The translations under genes were made by a program, and so were the position numbers. A model generated the notes under the pieces. It was not told where the DNA came from. It saw nothing but the letters and a program-made list of their open reading frames with translations, and did not search any database. From an uncultured Spirochaetota bacterium (GTDB lineage: Bacteria > Spirochaetota > Brevinematia > Brevinematales > JAOACQ01), in assembly GCA_963783575.1 (NCBI GenBank), contig CAWAOD010000009.1, positions 288,001-352,000 on the forward strand: DNA of 64,000 bases, given 5' to 3'. This document shows, piece after piece, positions 9,359-19,859 of the stretch. How positions within the stretch are numbered: the stretch's first letter is position 1; each line of letters starts with the position of its first letter.

Positions 9359-10402
9359 CTAAATAAAACTTTTCTTTAATTTTAATGCGATGTTTACCAA
9401 TAAAACCATCACAGGCACTTCAATAAGCGGCCCGATAACCGCGGCAAAAGCCTGGTTTGAATCAATACCGAAGATGGCTACCGCCACAGCGATAGCAAGC
9501 TCAAAATCATTCGAAGCCGCCGAAAAGGAAACAGCCGCACATTGCTGATAATCGGCACCGGATTTTTTTGCAATAAAGAAAGTTGCGAACCACATTATAA
9601 AGAAATAAATTAAATACGGAACAGCAACCCTGATTACATCAAATGGAGTTTCTACTATAAATTTACCTTTCATTGAAAACATAACTATTATTGTAAATAA
9701 TAATGCGATCAGGGTTAGCGGGCTTATAAAAGGCGAGAAAACCTCATCAAACCATTCTTTACTTTTTATCTTTATCAATATAAACCGTGTAAATAGTCCC
9801 GCGATGAAAGGTATTCCAAGATAGATCATAACCGTTTTTGCGGATTCTAATATTGATATATTTACATTCAGCCCTTTTATCAGTCCTAATATGTTCAGGA
9901 AAACGGTAATAAATATAAAAATATAAAGTGCGTAAAACATAACCTGGAAAATAGCGTTAAAAGCGACAATACCGACACCAAGCTCCCTGTCGCCTTCAGA
10001 AAGGTCATTCCAGACGATAACCATCGCGATGCATCTCGCCAATCCTACAAGAATAACACCAATCATATATCCCGGATTATCCCTTAAAAATATTACAGCA
10101 AGAGCAAACATTATTAGAGGTCCTATAAGCCAATTCTGGATCAATGAAAGAAACATCAGTTTTTTATTCCTGAAAATTCTTCCCATTTCCTCATACTTCA
10201 CTTTTGCAAGTGGCGGATACATCATAATTATTAATCCTATTGCGATAGGAATGGAGGTCGTCCCGACCTGCAGCTTACCGATCCACACAGTTAAAGGTGG
10301 ATAAAAATAACCCAGAGCAATTCCAAAAGCCATAGCAATGAATATCCACAATGTGAGAAACCGGTCAATAAAACTGAGTTTTTTTGAAACTATAGTATCC
10401 AT
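9359..10402 (-). CDS. acr3: Acr3 arsenite efflux transporter; the RBS-linked ATG at 10428 is one base out of frame
   Basis: [44 protein letters not shown] and GPLIEVP motifs. Confidence 0.95.
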   Translation of the reverse strand: MDTIVSKKLSFIDRFLTLWIFIAMAFGIALGYFYPPLTVWIGKLQVGTTSIPIAIGLIIMMYPPLAKVKYEEMGRIFRNKKLMFLSLIQNWLIGPLIMFALAVIFLRDNPGYMIGVILVGLARCIAMVIVWNDLSEGDRELGVGIVAFNAIFQVMFYALYIFIFITVFLNILGLIKGLNVNISILESAKTVMIYLGIPFIAGLFTRFILIKIKSKEWFDEVFSPFISPLTLIALLFTIIVMFSMKGKFIVETPFDVIRVAVPYLIYFFIMWFATFFIAKKSGADYQQCAAVSFSAASNDFELAIAVAVAIFGIDSNQAFAAVIGPLIEVPVMVLLVNIALKLKKSFI

Positions 10403-10548
10403 AATTTGCTCACTGTTTTTAAATCCATATTTTTCTCCTTAGAAATTATATTTAAAATCTAATTATGGATCCTATTTTATAATTTTATAATAAGTTTCAT
10501 ATTTCCACAACCATGGATTCAAGAACAATTTCATTAACCTGACCGTTT

Positions 10549-11328
10549 TTATCCCTTTAGTTTCTGGTATATACCTTTAAGCCTTGTTTGATAGATGCTT
10601 TTAATAGTTTCTTCATCTTCCTTTATCGGTTTACCCGGTATCAGGTCGATTGTTTCATCAAAAGACAACCCCGAGTCCAGATAAGTTTTCAGCGCTCCGC
10701 AGATCATTTTTTTAAAAGCAGCTTTAAAATCTTCCGCTGATAAACCCATGCCCAGGCTTATTTTTTTAATTTCTTCCCATTGAAACCAGAAATAAGTCGG
10801 CCCCATCGCAGTTAGAACAGCGTAAGCCTCAAGATTTTCTTCGGGGACAACCGGCGACTCGCCTAAAATCTCCAGGATCGCATATAGCATATTTCTATCA
10901 ACTACTGATAAGGCATTTGAATAAGATACCGGGTTGAATCCCGAATTTATTACAGAAGGACCGTTCGGAATAACTCGCGCAATCCTGTTGAAACCTCCCA
11001 GAAGTTCTGATAAATTTTTTATGGTAAATTTCGGTGCCAATGAAATGACAATCGAATCTTTTTTTAGCGAGGCTCCAATTTCAGGAAGCTCCTGACTGAT
11101 AACGGGCGGGTGAAGCGAAATAAAAACCAGGTCTTTAGCTGCCGGAGTTTTATTATCATTCTGATAGGTTTTGACATCCGGAAATTTTGTTTTGATTTTT
11201 TCCAAAACTTCCGGATCATTATCACTGACCGATATTTCACTGAATGTAATTCCTTTCTTCTTAAAAGCCTCCAAAAAAATACGCGTAATTCTGCCGCCCC
11301 CAATAAAACCAATAGTTCTGTCAATCAT
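10549..11328 (-). CDS. Pyrroline-5-carboxylate-reductase-like NAD(P)-binding oxidoreductase
   Basis: IGFIGGGRIT Rossmann motif, R.IPN and AMGPTY motifs; first gene of the ars operon. Confidence 0.7.
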   Translation of the reverse strand: MIDRTIGFIGGGRITRIFLEAFKKKGITFSEISVSDNDPEVLEKIKTKFPDVKTYQNDNKTPAAKDLVFISLHPPVISQELPEIGASLKKDSIVISLAPKFTIKNLSELLGGFNRIARVIPNGPSVINSGFNPVSYSNALSVVDRNMLYAILEILGESPVVPEENLEAYAVLTAMGPTYFWFQWEEIKKISLGMGLSAEDFKAAFKKMICGALKTYLDSGLSFDETIDLIPGKPIKEDEETIKSIYQTRLKGIYQKLKG

Positions 11329-11341
11329 ATGATTCCTCCAT

Positions 11342-11398
11342 ATATATGATTATATACATATATGCACATATAATAATGTAACATTAATAAAATGTCAA
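11342..11398 (-). promoter_or_regulatory. ars operon promoter with putative ArsR operator
   Basis: Minus-strand TTGACA (11398-11393)-17 bp-TATTAT (11375-11370), followed by inverted repeat ATATATG-N8-CATATAT (11342-11363). Confidence 0.6.
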
Positions 11399-11583
11399 GA
11401 AAAAATAATTTTATTCTAATTTGGAACAAAGAACAAACTGCAATTTATGTTTACACCTGGATTTTATAATGAGCGAAAATCAGGTTGACTTATTTAATAT
11501 TTATGATTAGAATTTGTATATTAGAAAAGACCGGTGGCGGTTTTCCGGCAGCGGTCATTATGATTGAATATAGGAGGCGATTA

Positions 11584-12075
11584 ATGGAAGCAATTTATCA
11601 ATTTGTAATGAATGATATAGATGGAAAAAGTGTGCAGCTATCTCAATACCGGAACAGAGTGGTTCTTATTGTCAATGTTGCCAGTAAATGCGGTTTTACA
11701 CCGCAATATAAGGGCCTGGAAGAGCTTTACCTCAAGTATAAAGATAAAGGCTTTTATATCCTTGGATTTCCGGCTAATAACTTTATGGGCCAGGAGCCGG
11801 GAAGCAATGAAGAGATTAAAAACTTTTGTTCGCTGACTTACGGTGTTACATTCCCTATGTTTTCCAAGATTGATGTAAAAGGTATAAACATAGCTCCTCT
11901 TTACTCTTATTTAACCGATAAAAAGCTGAATCCGAAGTTTGGCGGTGATATAAGCTGGAACTTTAATAAATTCCTTATTGATAAAAAAGGAAATATCATC
12001 AACCGGTTCGATTCAGCTGTAAAGCCTGATGATCCGAAGCTTGTAAATGCAATCGAAGAAGCTTTAAAAGAATAA
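11584..12075 (+). CDS. Glutathione peroxidase family protein (Cys type)
   Basis: VNVASKCGFTPQY, GFPANNF..QEPG and WNFNKFL motifs; AGGAGG RBS before ATG 11584. Confidence 0.93.
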   Translation: MEAIYQFVMNDIDGKSVQLSQYRNRVVLIVNVASKCGFTPQYKGLEELYLKYKDKGFYILGFPANNFMGQEPGSNEEIKNFCSLTYGVTFPMFSKIDVKGINIAPLYSYLTDKKLNPKFGGDISWNFNKFLIDKKGNIINRFDSAVKPDDPKLVNAIEEALKE

Positions 12076-12084
12076 TGTCGGTTT

Positions 12085-12420
12085 TTATTTTCCGGCGGCA
12101 CAACTCACGGTAGCGGCAAGTTCAATATCTTTTCCGTATTGATCAAAAGAGGGCAGTTGTACTAGGAGGCTTTTAAGGAAAGGGAATCTTATCAGTGCGC
12201 CGGGATCTATCTTATGGCAGACAAACTGGCCGAGTTTTTCCGAATCAATGAGGCCTGCTTCTTTTAGTTTCATAAGATGCCTGGATGCGTTGGACTGGTT
12301 CATCCCAAGGACTTTTTCAATCTCACAGACGCATAGCTTTCTTGTGTTTAAAAGATTAAGGATTCTGATTCTGTTTTCATCCGCCAGGGCTTTTAAGATC
12401 TTTATTAATTCTTTTGACAT
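12085..12420 (-). CDS. arsR: ArsR/SmtB family repressor with CxC As(III) site
   Basis: KALADENRIRIL, LCVCEI and SRHL..LK.AGLI motifs. Confidence 0.88.
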   Translation of the reverse strand: MSKELIKILKALADENRIRILNLLNTRKLCVCEIEKVLGMNQSNASRHLMKLKEAGLIDSEKLGQFVCHKIDPGALIRFPFLKSLLVQLPSFDQYGKDIELAATVSCAAGK

Positions 12421-12647
12421 ATCAAACTCTTTTTTTAATTATTCCAGAAGAGTATAAAATAAATAATAATAAAACTCAAGGATGGGCTTTTTAATAGTGT
12501 CAACCGAATCACTCACTTTTATTTAAATTTGTGGTTTTTTTTACATTCAATTATAATTCTTCCGGGGATAGATTTTTTAACAAATATTATTAAATCATCA
12601 TATTATCAGTTTGATTAATATAATTATCAGTATATTCGTCAGGGGGC

Positions 12648-13751
12648 ATGAGAACGAATACACTACAAAAGAACTTTTCCGGCACAGAGAACAATGATAA
12701 TTGGAATGATAACTGGTATTATTATACTTTCCGGTTATTATACGGCTCCTGCCTTATCATCCACACATTATATTTTATCTTGTTCATACTGTTGAAGGTC
12801 AACCTTCTCTTCTACTTTAATATAGGAAGCATTCTGTTGTATTCTCTCGCCCTTTTTTTTAATAAGAGAAGAAAATACAGACTATTTTATTTTTTTTCTC
12901 ACATTGAAATTTCTTTTCATGCTTTTCTGGCTATTCTCTGCCTGGGCTGGCAGAGTAATTTCGGGTTTTTCTTTATCGGAATATCTTTGTTGATTTTCTT
13001 TATTGAATTATTCAAACGATGGATTAGATTAACAGAAGTAATAGTAATTATTTTATTGGGTATTCTCTCTTATTTCATTTCAGTTCAGATTCAGCCGGTT
13101 TATAAAATCAACTCTATTGTCCTGAATGTTCTTGGAAGCTTTAATATGGTTTCGTTTATCCTGCTCTGTTTGTATATTATTAACGATAGAAACTCATTAT
13201 TAACCGGTAAACTTAAAGAGATGGCTGAAATAGATGGTTTAACCGGGGTTTACAACCGGCATGTTTTTAATGAAAACCTGGAGATAGAAAGCCGGAGAAT
13301 GCTGAACCAGATCCGTTTTAATACAACCAGCCAGACCAATTTTGCAATCGCTATGCTGGACATTGACGATTTTAAGGTTATTAATGACTTATACGGCCAT
13401 TTAGCAGGCGATAATGTCCTCAGGGAAGTTGTCCATATAATGGAAGAGACCATCTTTTCACGTGATATTCTATGCCGTTTCGGCGGCGATGAGTTCGCCA
13501 TACTCTTTATCAGCACGCCTCGTGAAGGCGCTCTAACAGCGATTGAGAAAATCAGGCGGAAAATAGAAGAATACCCTTTTTATTTCTCTTCGGAAAAAGC
13601 CGTTTTTCACATTACTGTAAGTATCGGGTTTGCGAGCTTTGAGGAAGAAAATGATAAATTTAAACTCCTTCATATAGCCGACAAAAGACTCTATGATTCT
13701 AAAGCGCGCGGAAAGAACCGTATTGTTACAAGCGATAATAAAAAAACATGA
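12648..13751 (+). CDS. Membrane-bound diguanylate cyclase
   Basis: N-terminal TM segments; D.LTG.YNR, DIDDFK.IND.YGH..GD and RFGGDEF motifs. Confidence 0.92.
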   Translation: MRTNTLQKNFSGTENNDNWNDNWYYYTFRLLYGSCLIIHTLYFILFILLKVNLLFYFNIGSILLYSLALFFNKRRKYRLFYFFSHIEISFHAFLAILCLGWQSNFGFFFIGISLLIFFIELFKRWIRLTEVIVIILLGILSYFISVQIQPVYKINSIVLNVLGSFNMVSFILLCLYIINDRNSLLTGKLKEMAEIDGLTGVYNRHVFNENLEIESRRMLNQIRFNTTSQTNFAIAMLDIDDFKVINDLYGHLAGDNVLREVVHIMEETIFSRDILCRFGGDEFAILFISTPREGALTAIEKIRRKIEEYPFYFSSEKAVFHITVSIGFASFEEENDKFKLLHIADKRLYDSKARGKNRIVTSDNKKT

Positions 13752-14832
13752 GCATCATAAAATAAAATATACTGGGTGGCAATTTTTGAAGAAGCTTGCT
13801 ATTAAATTAATTCCCTCCATAATTCTTGTAAATTGTTTATTCTCCTGTTCTTCTTTTAAAATCTGCCTTGATCAATCCGGCATTCGGGAAATTGCCGGTT
13901 ACATAATGAATAACTATAAAACCGGTACAAAAGAAGAATTGAAAGATTATATGGCCGATTTAAACTTTCTTTCGGAGACAAATACCTATAACCCGGAATC
14001 TATTAAAATCCAGCCGTTAAAAAAATGGAATTTGACAAGAAAGGATATAACTCAGCAAAGACTGGAATTCCCTTCATGCCTTAAATTTGATGATGTTAAA
14101 ACGGATACGGCGGTTTTTTATTTCTACAGGAAAGCTGAATTGAGCAATCAGAATATTATACTATGGATTCCCGGTTTCGGGGTTTCGGATTTCGCTTTTC
14201 AATTTATCCGGAAATTCTTTAATGAGGAATTGGATTCCGGCTATTCCATTCTATTCTATAATATCCCCTATCACCTGGAAAGAATCCAGCCGGGTAAAAA
14301 AGCGGGGGAAGGCTTTTTTACGGCGGACACGGAAAGAAATCTGGAAACGGTAAGGATATCTCTCTGTGAAATCCGTACAGCCCTGTCCTATCTGAATAGT
14401 GAAGGTATAACAAACATAAGCGGCTGGGGCGGTTCAGTCGGGGCAGCGCTTCTCTGGCTTACATCCATTCATATTAAGTTCGATCATATGGCTTTGATGA
14501 TTCCGATTGTCGATTGGAACACCATAGTTTTCAACCCAGGCTTGAAAACAGTCCTTAACCGGAATGAAAAAGAGGGGCTTTCAGACGGACTTATCCGAAG
14601 TGCATATAACTATATCAGCCCGATAAATTATCCCTCATTAACACCGGAAGGCCGCATACAGGTACTTTACGCAGAATATGATCAGCTTTCACCCGAAAGA
14701 AATGTTCTTGAATTTGCAGGGAAATGGGGTATTACAAATATTCATGGATATGATGAGAGCCACGGTTCTATCCTGATCGATGACCGTATGTACAATGATT
14801 ATTCTGAATTTTTGAAAGAAATGCAGAAATAA
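13693..14832 (+). CDS. Alpha/beta-hydrolase-fold protein, possibly a lipoprotein; true start probably downstream
   Basis: IPGF, PYH.ER, GGSVG elbow, YDQ and SHG motifs; lipobox-like LFSC. Confidence 0.55.
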   Translation: MILKRAERTVLLQAIIKKHEHHKIKYTGWQFLKKLAIKLIPSIILVNCLFSCSSFKICLDQSGIREIAGYIMNNYKTGTKEELKDYMADLNFLSETNTYNPESIKIQPLKKWNLTRKDITQQRLEFPSCLKFDDVKTDTAVFYFYRKAELSNQNIILWIPGFGVSDFAFQFIRKFFNEELDSGYSILFYNIPYHLERIQPGKKAGEGFFTADTERNLETVRISLCEIRTALSYLNSEGITNISGWGGSVGAALLWLTSIHIKFDHMALMIPIVDWNTIVFNPGLKTVLNRNEKEGLSDGLIRSAYNYISPINYPSLTPEGRIQVLYAEYDQLSPERNVLEFAGKWGITNIHGYDESHGSILIDDRMYNDYSEFLKEMQK

Positions 14833-15035
14833 TCATTTTGGCAAACATCCTCTCTTAATTTATCAAACAGCTTACACAGGTGTAATGTGTCTGAAAGTAT
14901 TTTTAACTTCTTGACATATTAGTTCAAATATAATAGGCTGATATATTGCATGAATGCAGCCCGTAACGGTGATATCAAATTTATCCGGAATTATAAAATG
15001 GATATAAATAAAAAAATGGAAGAGGAAAATAAAAA

Positions 15036-15860
15036 ATGATTAAAAAAACAGTTTATTTAACTGCGGCGGTTCTTTTTATAACTTTTACGGTTTATGCAGG
15101 AAATAGGAATGAAATACCGATGAAGCCTCTGCAAAAAATGATTCAAGACGGTGAATATTTAAGATATTCAATATTCAGCAGCGGCAAAAAGACAGGCAGT
15201 TTCTATATTGTCAATAAGGTTAACAAAAAGGAAAAGAATGTTTTATCATATATGGAATTCCTTAAAGAAGACTCATTACAAACACTTCCGGCTCATTATA
15301 CGAATTTTTCGGCTTTAATGAAAGTTTCTCTGGAAAATGGCTCCCTTGTCTATTATCATGAAAACAGGCTTTCAATTATGAAGATGCTTAAAGAAAAAGG
15401 CAGGGCAGTAATGGATCTGGAGATTTATGAAAAAAGCGGAACGGCAAATTACAAATCAAAAATTTGGGATGGATTTGTATTAAAAACATCTTCGGCAAAT
15501 CTAAATATAATACAAGGCTACCCGGCCTGGAATTGGAACGATGTTATGTTTCTTGGGTTACGGTTCCTTGATGCCGATAATCCGGGATTTGTATGTATGG
15601 TTGTGCCGGAATGGATTAAAAATCCGTTTCTGGGAAGGTTTGTTTTTGAAAACCATGAAATAGTTTATACAAAAACTGGAAAATTCAATACTGTCAAATT
15701 CGGGTGGGCCATGGGCAATTTGTTTCTAAGCAAATTGATGGAGATATTTTACAAAGAATACTTTTTCTGGATGGATGAAGAAACCGGAATTCTTGTAAAA
15801 GAAACAGGCAATAACAACTATTCTATAGAATTGGATGTGCTGGGAATATGGAAAGAATAA
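15036..15860 (+). CDS. Secreted hypothetical protein (DUF3108-like)
   Basis: Signal peptide; GE.L.Y, T..GKF.T and W.D..TGILVK patterns. Confidence 0.5.
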   Translation: MIKKTVYLTAAVLFITFTVYAGNRNEIPMKPLQKMIQDGEYLRYSIFSSGKKTGSFYIVNKVNKKEKNVLSYMEFLKEDSLQTLPAHYTNFSALMKVSLENGSLVYYHENRLSIMKMLKEKGRAVMDLEIYEKSGTANYKSKIWDGFVLKTSSANLNIIQGYPAWNWNDVMFLGLRFLDADNPGFVCMVVPEWIKNPFLGRFVFENHEIVYTKTGKFNTVKFGWAMGNLFLSKLMEIFYKEYFFWMDEETGILVKETGNNNYSIELDVLGIWKE

Positions 15861-15878
15861 AATATATTTTTTGAATGT

Positions 15879-15907
15879 TTGATAAAATACAGGTTTTTCA
15901 TTATAAT
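15879..15907 (+). promoter_or_regulatory. Sigma70-type promoter
   Basis: TTGATA-17 bp-TATAAT upstream of ATG 15960. Confidence 0.5.
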
Positions 15908-15959
15908 TATATATGAATAAATCCCCTTGTTATAAGGGAATTAGCGAATTGGGGGTTAA

Positions 15960-16853
15960 ATGGAACCGAATTTAAAGGGTTTTGTTGAGTCAAATCAGCT
16001 GCCGAAAGAATATTTTCAAAAAATATCCAATCTAAAAGAATATTTTCTCGATCATAAAATAGGAATAAAAGAAAAAGAAAAAGAGCTTGAAACCGGGGTT
16101 GTCTGGGCTTTTTTTGTGCTCAACCAGTTGTTTGAAAATATAATTGATATTGATAAAATTTCAGCTTATTTTAACGTTGATAAGAAAATTATCGAAGAAC
16201 AAAAAGATATTGTAATGGATGGCATATCTTTATTCGATGAACGGTTTTTACTCTCGAAGGTTGTTTCCAAAATGGATGAAATTGCTCCTTTAAGAAAGAA
16301 ATTGATAGGCTGTTCGGTAAGAGACCTTGAAAATATTTTTAACAGCTCGATGAAGCTTTATAATGAAGATAATCTTGAATCAGCTTTATATACATTTTTA
16401 GCGCTTCAGGATTTTGTAAATATCCACTGTGATATGCTTTCAGCCGATGAATTTTTAGGGTATAATCTGGATACGATATCTATGATAGGCCAGATTTACT
16501 GGGATAAAGAGGATATGGAAAAAGCCCTGCAGGCATTTCAATACGGCATACAGTTTGTCGAGGCTTTTTTTGATGATCTGAAGAAAGAGGAACTGGATTT
16601 TCATGATCCGAATCAAACCGGTATTTTTTATATTCTGGAAGATTACGCATCGATACAATATGCTCTTGAAAACATTGCGGAAGCGGAAAAATATTTTAAA
16701 ATACTACAGGTTATCGACCGGGAAAATAATCTAAAAGCCGGAACCGCTCTTGATTTCATCGCAACCGGGAAAAGCTGGAATGATTATGTCGATCATCTAG
16801 ACAAAAAGATAGAGCTCAATCAAGGGGAAAGCGGCGGAGTGCAGAGTGCCTGA
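15960..16853 (+). CDS. Hypothetical acidic helical protein with TPR-like repeats
   Basis: Long ORF; GQIYW...D.EKAL..FQ and A..Y...N..EAEKYF resemble TPR helices. Confidence 0.55.
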   Translation: MEPNLKGFVESNQLPKEYFQKISNLKEYFLDHKIGIKEKEKELETGVVWAFFVLNQLFENIIDIDKISAYFNVDKKIIEEQKDIVMDGISLFDERFLLSKVVSKMDEIAPLRKKLIGCSVRDLENIFNSSMKLYNEDNLESALYTFLALQDFVNIHCDMLSADEFLGYNLDTISMIGQIYWDKEDMEKALQAFQYGIQFVEAFFDDLKKEELDFHDPNQTGIFYILEDYASIQYALENIAEAEKYFKILQVIDRENNLKAGTALDFIATGKSWNDYVDHLDKKIELNQGESGGVQSA

Positions 16854-19800
16854 TGATGGTAAAAAACCGGGTAAAAGGAAAATGTTATTTTCAATTGATC
16901 CTGATAGGAAAACAAATTCAGGACATGAAATGGCATTAAACTCCGGGAAAGATTTGATTGAAATTGCTGTCGAACTTGAAACGAATGGGCGCTTTATAGC
17001 GAATATAAATGTTCAGGTAACTTCAAATAACGCTTTTATAAATAAATTAATGTCCATAAATCTTGAGGGCGAACACTTCGGATTTGATTTTACCGGCGAT
17101 TTTTCATCAATACCTAATGAAATAAAAAATTTCCTGCTGTCATACAAATCATATCAATTAAACCTTATTCAGAAAATCGATAATTTTACCATCAGGATTA
17201 CATCGCCTGTAGATTTTCTTTTTTTTGACAAGCTTCTTTCCTTAAAGCCGAGGTTAATTTTGCACGGGAAAAGTTTTTACCCTGAGATTTCACAATCCTA
17301 TTATCCGCTGAAAATTGAAATGGATGACTCGGCTGAAAAACTGGTTTTAAATGATAAGAATGACTTATACCTGATCCAGACAACAGCACAGGATTTTGTT
17401 TTTGATCTTCATAAAGTTTATCCTGTTTTATCGCTTTTTAACAAAGATCTGAGCCGTGAAATATTTGTCAACGGTTTTATCCCGGCGGATTATGAAATTA
17501 AATTAAAACTTTTGTTTCAAAAATCTGAAAATAAGGAATGGATGAATCATTGGTTCAAGCTGCCGGAAGTAAAGGAATTTTCAGATGAAAATATCATTTT
17601 TTATTTTGAGCACGGGGAGAAGGAAAATTTTGTTTTGAAAGCTTTTTTTTCGGTAAAAACAAACGGTAAATGGAGGGAATATCCATTTTTATTCGATGAA
17701 ATAAGGAAATCGGCGCTGCTTCATGAGGATATTATTATCCCGATAAATAAGGACACTGTTTATATATGTAAAGCCGGCACTGATTTTTATAACAGGGTCG
17801 CACAGATAGGATTCGCCGTTAAGAATCATTTCTTTGAAATATTAAACGAGGTTAACGGGAATATAATTTCAACACCGGATAACGAGGCTTTATTTCAGAA
17901 GTTTTTACCCGCCATTCAATCATACGCGGAAATCAGGGGTGTGAATTCTAATATAAAAATGATTCATGGCACATTTGACGAAAAAAAGATTGTATTATCA
18001 TATGCTAAAGATAATGACACTCCCAGGATAGACTGGCTTGAGGTCGGATTCCAGTTTAAGATACAGGATATCGTATTAACCTTGAACGAGCTGTCGCAAT
18101 TGAGCAGGAACGGTTTTGTCCAGAAGGGAAATATCATACTGTCGGTAAATAATGAAGATTTAACGGAACTCAAGGAATTCCTGCTTGAAACCAGGCTCAA
18201 AAAAAATCATGATAAAATTTATATCAGTAAATATAATATTCCATATTTACTCAGGGAAGGCATTAATCTTCAGCTTCCCCAGGATATGAGAAATCTTCCG
18301 GCTGAAATGGATCTGTCGCTCAACAGGAAAAAGGCTCTGCAGGAAGTTCTTATTCCCGATGGTCTAAGCGGAATTCTAAGAGAATACCAGAAAACCGGTG
18401 TATACTGGTTAAACTTTTTAAACCGGTACGGTTTCGGCGGGATTCTGGCTGATGAAATGGGCCTCGGTAAAACCATACAGGTTCTGACTTATCTATTAAT
18501 TAATAAAAGAATTAGAAAGTCAGGCGGTGAAGATATTTCCGGGCCTCTGGATAATGGTTTATTCAGATACAGGACGGCTTTGATTGTATGCCCGACAGCG
18601 CTTTTATACAATTGGGTGGGAGAAATCCAGAAATTTATTGGCACTCAGTTATCTTATATTGTTATTGACGGAAATAAAGCCGAACGTGCGGGAAAAATTA
18701 AGGAAATTAACAATTATGATATTGCCATTACATCTTATCAGATGGTTCACAATGACAGTGAGGAATATAAAAATGTCCAGTTTTTTTACTGCATTCTCGA
18801 TGAAGCACAGCATATAAAAAATAAACAGGCTAAAAGGACTTTAAGCGTCAAAGGGATTCATGCCGCAAATAGGCTTGCCGTTACAGGAACACCAATTGAA
18901 AACAATATAGCTGAATTATGGTCGATCTTCGATTTTTTAATGCCGGATTTTCTAGGAACACATATCTGGTTTAAAAAATATATTGAAAACCCACTTAATT
19001 CCTTCAATAATCAGGAAAAAAATAAAACAATGGACAGGTTGAAAAAGCTTGTCAAACCTTTTATTCTTAGAAGGATCAAGGTTAATGTCTTAAAAGAGCT
19101 TCCGCCGAAGATCGAACAGGATGTTGAACTCGAGCTTACCGAAGCCCAGAAAGCAGTATATCTTGATACACTTTCACAGATTAGGAATAATTTGTTCAAA
19201 ATAGTCGAGGTTAAAGGGCTTGAAAATTCTTATATCGATTTTTTATCGGCTTTGACAAGACTTCGCCAGATTTGCCTTCATCCGGGATTGATAAATTCTG
19301 ATTATTTCAATGTTGAGGATATTTCCATCAAGCTCAAGGCATTAATGGAGCTGGTCTACGAGTCAATCGACAGCGGGCATAGAGTTGCAGTTTTCAGCCA
19401 GTTTGTCGAGATGCTCAAAATTATCAGGAAAGAACTTCATAATGACGAGATCGAATACCTCTATCTTGACGGCCAGACAAAAAACCGGGTTGATCTTGTT
19501 AATCATTTCAATCAGTCTGATATCCCGCTGTTTCTGATATCTCTTAAAGCCGGAGGAACCGGACTTAATTTGATCGGTGCCGATTCCGTGATCCTTTTCG
19601 ATCCATGGTGGAATCCCGCCGTTGAAAATCAGGCTATTGACCGTGTGCACCGCATCGGCCAGGTAAGCACAGTTAATGTTTACCGATTGATTACAAAGGG
19701 AACGATTGAAGAAAAGATTAAACGCCTTCAGGTTTATAAAAAAGAGGTTTTTGATAACCTAATTGCATCCAATCAAAGCTTTATTAAAAATATGAAGTGG

Positions 19801-19857
19801 CAGGATATTAAAAATTTGTTTGAACTGGAATCAAATGAATTAAAATCTGAAATTTAA
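16846..19857 (+). CDS. SNF2-family ATPase/helicase
   Basis: LREYQ..G, GILADEMGLGKT, LDEAQ, TGTPIEN, FSQF, SLKAGG.GLNL, DPWWNP and QA.DR.HRIGQ motifs. Confidence 0.95.
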   Translation: MPDDGKKPGKRKMLFSIDPDRKTNSGHEMALNSGKDLIEIAVELETNGRFIANINVQVTSNNAFINKLMSINLEGEHFGFDFTGDFSSIPNEIKNFLLSYKSYQLNLIQKIDNFTIRITSPVDFLFFDKLLSLKPRLILHGKSFYPEISQSYYPLKIEMDDSAEKLVLNDKNDLYLIQTTAQDFVFDLHKVYPVLSLFNKDLSREIFVNGFIPADYEIKLKLLFQKSENKEWMNHWFKLPEVKEFSDENIIFYFEHGEKENFVLKAFFSVKTNGKWREYPFLFDEIRKSALLHEDIIIPINKDTVYICKAGTDFYNRVAQIGFAVKNHFFEILNEVNGNIISTPDNEALFQKFLPAIQSYAEIRGVNSNIKMIHGTFDEKKIVLSYAKDNDTPRIDWLEVGFQFKIQDIVLTLNELSQLSRNGFVQKGNIILSVNNEDLTELKEFLLETRLKKNHDKIYISKYNIPYLLREGINLQLPQDMRNLPAEMDLSLNRKKALQEVLIPDGLSGILREYQKTGVYWLNFLNRYGFGGILADEMGLGKTIQVLTYLLINKRIRKSGGEDISGPLDNGLFRYRTALIVCPTALLYNWVGEIQKFIGTQLSYIVIDGNKAERAGKIKEINNYDIAITSYQMVHNDSEEYKNVQFFYCILDEAQHIKNKQAKRTLSVKGIHAANRLAVTGTPIENNIAELWSIFDFLMPDFLGTHIWFKKYIENPLNSFNNQEKNKTMDRLKKLVKPFILRRIKVNVLKELPPKIEQDVELELTEAQKAVYLDTLSQIRNNLFKIVEVKGLENSYIDFLSALTRLRQICLHPGLINSDYFNVEDISIKLKALMELVYESIDSGHRVAVFSQFVEMLKIIRKELHNDEIEYLYLDGQTKNRVDLVNHFNQSDIPLFLISLKAGGTGLNLIGADSVILFDPWWNPAVENQAIDRVHRIGQVSTVNVYRLITKGTIEEKIKRLQVYKKEVFDNLIASNQSFIKNMKWQDIKNLFELESNELKSEI

Positions 19858-19859
19858 AT

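Noticed and set aside
11584..12075. Selenocysteine glutathione peroxidase
   Set aside because: The catalytic codon is TGC (Cys); there is no in-frame TGA.
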